Under the pieces are notes generated by a model that worked only from the letters and a program-made list of their open reading frames with translations, did no database searches and was not told where the DNA came from. The position numbers were made by a program, and so were the translations under genes. A stretch of DNA of 64,000 nt from Candidatus Obscuribacteraceae bacterium (GTDB lineage Bacteria; Cyanobacteriota; Vampirovibrionia; Obscuribacterales; Obscuribacteraceae). Below are positions 60,710-64,000 of the stretch, piece by piece. Within the stretch, counting starts at the first letter, position 1. Each line of letters starts with the position of its first letter. The DNA lies in contig JBGAHS010000004.1 in NCBI GenBank assembly GCA_044226015.1, forward strand, positions 96,001-160,000, in the 5' to 3' direction.

Positions 60710-62539
60710 ATGCATCAACACAAAACCGAACGTGAAGACAAATTGAGGTGGCGATGCCTTGTTGCCAGTTTTATAGTCTTTTGCGCTTCGACGAACCTCT
60801 CTGCTGTATTTGCGTGGGATCGCGCTCCAATTAAAAGTTATGAAATCGAGTCAAAGGTTTTCGATGCCTGCAACAGAAGCGACCAACTAATTGCTAGCCG
60901 TAATTTTGAACAGGCTATAAGCTTGCTCAAAGGAGCCTCGGCAAATGACCCTACAAGCTACTCTCCATACCTACATAAGAATCTCGCCAAATGCTATCGA
61001 GAAAACAAGCAGTTTAAGCAAGCTATATCTGAGGCTGAGACTGCGATTCGTTTTGATCCCAATATGGGTTCAGCTTTGTACGAGTTGGCGCTATCTTACT
61101 ATGAGTCTGACCAATATCAGCAAGCGACTCATTATTTGCGGAAGCTGTCTCAAGATACACGGGATGCTGATTACGCTCAGCGTGCAAAAACATTGTTAGT
61201 TGAGATAGAAACTTATGGCAATTGCAAATTGGCTTGTAAGGAAATAAATGCGGGGCATCTGGAGGCTGCTAAGAAACTTTTGCTTGCTGCAGTTTCCCAT
61301 GACCCCTCACCCGTATCGGCTACTGCGCATTTCAATCTGGCTTATGTTTATCGCCAGACCGGGAATCCCGAGCAGGCTGTGATTGAGAACAAGAAAGCCA
61401 TTCAGTTCAAACCCGATGATAAAGATGCTTATTATTCCCTGGCAATTTGCTGTCAGGATATAGGTCATTTTTCCGACGCAGTTGGTTATTTGCAGCGCTA
61501 TCAGCAGCTCGAAAGTGATCCACAGAAGCTTGCTCTTGCTCAAGACTTCATCAAGGATTTGAATCAGGATAAGAGTAAATTGGATGAATCATCCAACGCA
61601 CTTCCCGACTATTTAGAGCATATGGTGGGAGGTGCTCCGCTGCGGCGTTGGTCAAATAAATCGATGCCGATTAAGGTTTATATTTCAAATGGAAAAGGAA
61701 CTAGAGGTTACAAATCTAGCTTCACAACGTATGTGACTCATGCATTGAACACATGGTGTTTGGCATCTGCAAACAAGCTGAGCTACAAGATTGTGTCAAG
61801 TAATGCTGATTCTGACATAGATGTGGCTTGGATTGACCAGCCGGTGCTCTTGAACGAACATGGCAGAAGGAGACGAAAGCAGGGAGTTGCTGAAGTTGAA
61901 AGCGCCGAAAATGTGATAACGCACGTTAACGTTAACATCGATTGTATGCATGCATTTGATACCAAAACAGAGCTGAGCGAAGGTGAAGCTGCTACCGTGT
62001 GTATGCATGAACTAGGGCATTCTCTAGGACTTGATCATTCAGCTAACTACAGTGATGTGATGTATTTTGGGGCTTCTGCAAAGCAAAAGGGACTGCCAAC
62101 AAATCGCGACAGAAATACTATTGCTTTGCTTTACAAAGCCTATCCAACTTCTACACAAATAATGCCTGTAATCAAACCACCACTGCCAGAGAAGTTTGTT
62201 CCGCCTCCTGCGTTCGTTCCACCAGAGGTGCCCAACGAAGATGCTCTGACTCCTCCAGTTTTCGTGCCACCACCTGCGGTGCAGGAGGATGAAAAATTGA
62301 CTCCTCCGCCATTTTTCAAACCGCCACCGATCGACGAGTCTGCTGGTGAACCCACTCCGCCCGTGTTCACTCCTCCTGCTTTGACAATACCGCTAAAGCC
62401 TTTGGGTAAGCAAAAGAAAATAACGGGGACTGCATCTAAAAAAGGTAATTCCAAAAATCCTCAAGGCTCGGCAAATAAGAGCCCTCAAGGAAAAAAGAAT
62501 AACGCGTTATTTTTCACCCCACCACCACCAGCTAACTAA
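60710..62539 (+). CDS. Secreted TPR + matrixin (M10-like metzincin) metalloprotease with Pro-rich tail
   Basis: Signal peptide, TPR repeats, HELGHSLGLDH zinc motif and SDVMY Met-turn. Confidence 0.85.
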   Translation: MHQHKTEREDKLRWRCLVASFIVFCASTNLSAVFAWDRAPIKSYEIESKVFDACNRSDQLIASRNFEQAISLLKGASANDPTSYSPYLHKNLAKCYRENKQFKQAISEAETAIRFDPNMGSALYELALSYYESDQYQQATHYLRKLSQDTRDADYAQRAKTLLVEIETYGNCKLACKEINAGHLEAAKKLLLAAVSHDPSPVSATAHFNLAYVYRQTGNPEQAVIENKKAIQFKPDDKDAYYSLAICCQDIGHFSDAVGYLQRYQQLESDPQKLALAQDFIKDLNQDKSKLDESSNALPDYLEHMVGGAPLRRWSNKSMPIKVYISNGKGTRGYKSSFTTYVTHALNTWCLASANKLSYKIVSSNADSDIDVAWIDQPVLLNEHGRRRRKQGVAEVESAENVITHVNVNIDCMHAFDTKTELSEGEAATVCMHELGHSLGLDHSANYSDVMYFGASAKQKGLPTNRDRNTIALLYKAYPTSTQIMPVIKPPLPEKFVPPPAFVPPEVPNEDALTPPVFVPPPAVQEDEKLTPPPFFKPPPIDESAGEPTPPVFTPPALTIPLKPLGKQKKITGTASKKGNSKNPQGSANKSPQGKKNNALFFTPPPPAN

Positions 62540-62584
62540 GAGCTGGAATGCCTAGTCTCATGAATAATCGAGTATGAAATCGCC

Positions 62585-63814
62585 TTAAAGCGCGACCGCA
62601 GGCTCTTTCTGTTTGTAGCGGCGTTCGACATACTCATCCAGAATCTTGATGAAGTCAGAAACCAGTGAACCGCCTTCAAGTGTTGTGAAATGAGCACCAT
62701 CAACATAAACGGGCGCTCGGGGATCTTCTCCTGTTCCAGGAAGTGATATTCCTATATCTGCGTGTTTTGATTCGCCGGGTCCATTAACGATGCAGCCCAT
62801 AACAGCAACTTTTAGATCTTCAAAACCTTCATAGCGAAGCCGCCACTGCGGTCTTTGTTCATTCAAGTATTCCTGAATCTGTTTTGCTAACTCCTGGAAG
62901 AGCGAGCTAGTGGTTCGCCCACAACCAGGGCAAGCTGTAACCTGCGGTGCGAAAGCACGAATTTTGAGTGACTGCAGAATTTGCTGGCAGATTGTCACTT
63001 CCAATGAGCGACTTGCTCCCGGTTCTGGAGTCAGACTCACTCTTATTGTATCTCCAATTCCTTCGCTCAAAAGGACAGACAACCCCGCAGTAGATGCGAC
63101 GATTCCCTTGCTTCCCATACCTGCCTCAGTCAAGCCGAGGTGAAGGGCATAATCACTTTGAGCGGCTAACTTTCTGTATACAGTCACAAGGTCAGGCACT
63201 TCTGAAACCTTTGCACTCAGAATAATCTTGTCGTGCTTCATGCCGTAAGATTCTGCCAGCTTTCCTGATTGAACCGCGCTTGCAACTATAGCTTCAATAA
63301 GAACTTCATGCGCCGTCAAAGGCGAGCCATTCGTGGCATTTTCGTCCATCATTTTTGCTAAAAGCTCTTGGTCGAGAGAGCCCCAGTTGACGCCGATGCG
63401 AACTGGTTTGTCATTTTGAATAGCAACATCTATCATTCTACGGAAGTTCTCGTCGTGCTTTTCACCTTTTCCGACGTTGCCTGGATTAATGCGATATTTT
63501 GCCAGAAGGCGAGCGCAGTCTTTGTACTCTGATAAGAGCAGGTGCCCGTTGTAATGGAAGTCTCCGACCAGCGGACAATCGACCCCATCTTTTTCCATTA
63601 GTGAAACAATCTTCGGAACCGCTGCAGCAGCCTCACGCGTGTTGACAGTTATACGAACAATTTCCGAGCCTGCTTGCCAGAGTTCCTTCACCTGCGCGGC
63701 CGTTGAAGCCGCATCTTCCGTTGATGTATTCGTCATTGACTGGACGAGTATTGGATGATCGGAGCCTATAAATTTGTTGCCGACCAAAACGTTCGTCGAC
63801 TTCCTGCGCTGCAT
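62585..63814 (-). CDS. ispG: (E)-4-hydroxy-3-methylbut-2-enyl-diphosphate synthase
   Basis: [52 protein letters not shown]. Start moved to ATG 63814. Confidence 0.96.
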   Translation of the reverse strand: MQRRKSTNVLVGNKFIGSDHPILVQSMTNTSTEDAASTAAQVKELWQAGSEIVRITVNTREAAAAVPKIVSLMEKDGVDCPLVGDFHYNGHLLLSEYKDCARLLAKYRINPGNVGKGEKHDENFRRMIDVAIQNDKPVRIGVNWGSLDQELLAKMMDENATNGSPLTAHEVLIEAIVASAVQSGKLAESYGMKHDKIILSAKVSEVPDLVTVYRKLAAQSDYALHLGLTEAGMGSKGIVASTAGLSVLLSEGIGDTIRVSLTPEPGASRSLEVTICQQILQSLKIRAFAPQVTACPGCGRTTSSLFQELAKQIQEYLNEQRPQWRLRYEGFEDLKVAVMGCIVNGPGESKHADIGISLPGTGEDPRAPVYVDGAHFTTLEGGSLVSDFIKILDEYVERRYKQKEPAVAL

Positions 63815-64000
63815 TTGCTCTACCCTGTTGATGTTACAGGTCAAAACATAGCACAAAACACAGAGCGAATGCTTGTCTGAGTCCTGTTTAAGACTTCTGC
63901 GTGTGACCGAAATCCGATACAACTAAAGGCTTTTGAGGCTCTAAGTCTGCACGCTCATCTTCAAAAAACGATAAGCTTACCCAGCTATTACGATGAGTTT

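Overview
A mostly gene-dense chromosomal window. The host is inferred to be a non-photosynthetic cyanobacterial relative (Melainabacteria/Vampirovibrionia, possibly Obscuribacterales), based on a clear RpaB orthologue, a cyanobacterial-type NusB next to ftsY, csaB plus a WecG/TagA glycosyltransferase, and no photosynthesis genes in the window. It carries housekeeping and envelope genes (ftsY, nusB, rsmD, ruvB, cdsA, tRNA-Ser(GCT), ftcD, eno, gmhB, mrnC, csaB, ispG). I found no integrase, transposase, CRISPR array or rRNA. The most unusual block is 31.6-50.6 kb. It has a stand-alone CpaC/RcpA-type secretin with a ~195-aa, nearly charge-free G/N/F/P insertion. It also has a ~4,800-aa Sec-exported beta-helical/polyglycine protein with no visible TPS domain, autotransporter barrel or partner transporter, ending in an unexplained, possibly FecR-like domain. 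Several apparent pseudo-enzymes are also present: a GDH with catalytic Lys->His, a half SF1 helicase with destroyed Walker motifs, a REC-GGDEF-REC protein lacking both phospho-Asp residues and the GG pair, and an eIF2B/isomerase-family protein lacking the catalytic Cys. All family calls come from motif recognition by eye; no searches were run.
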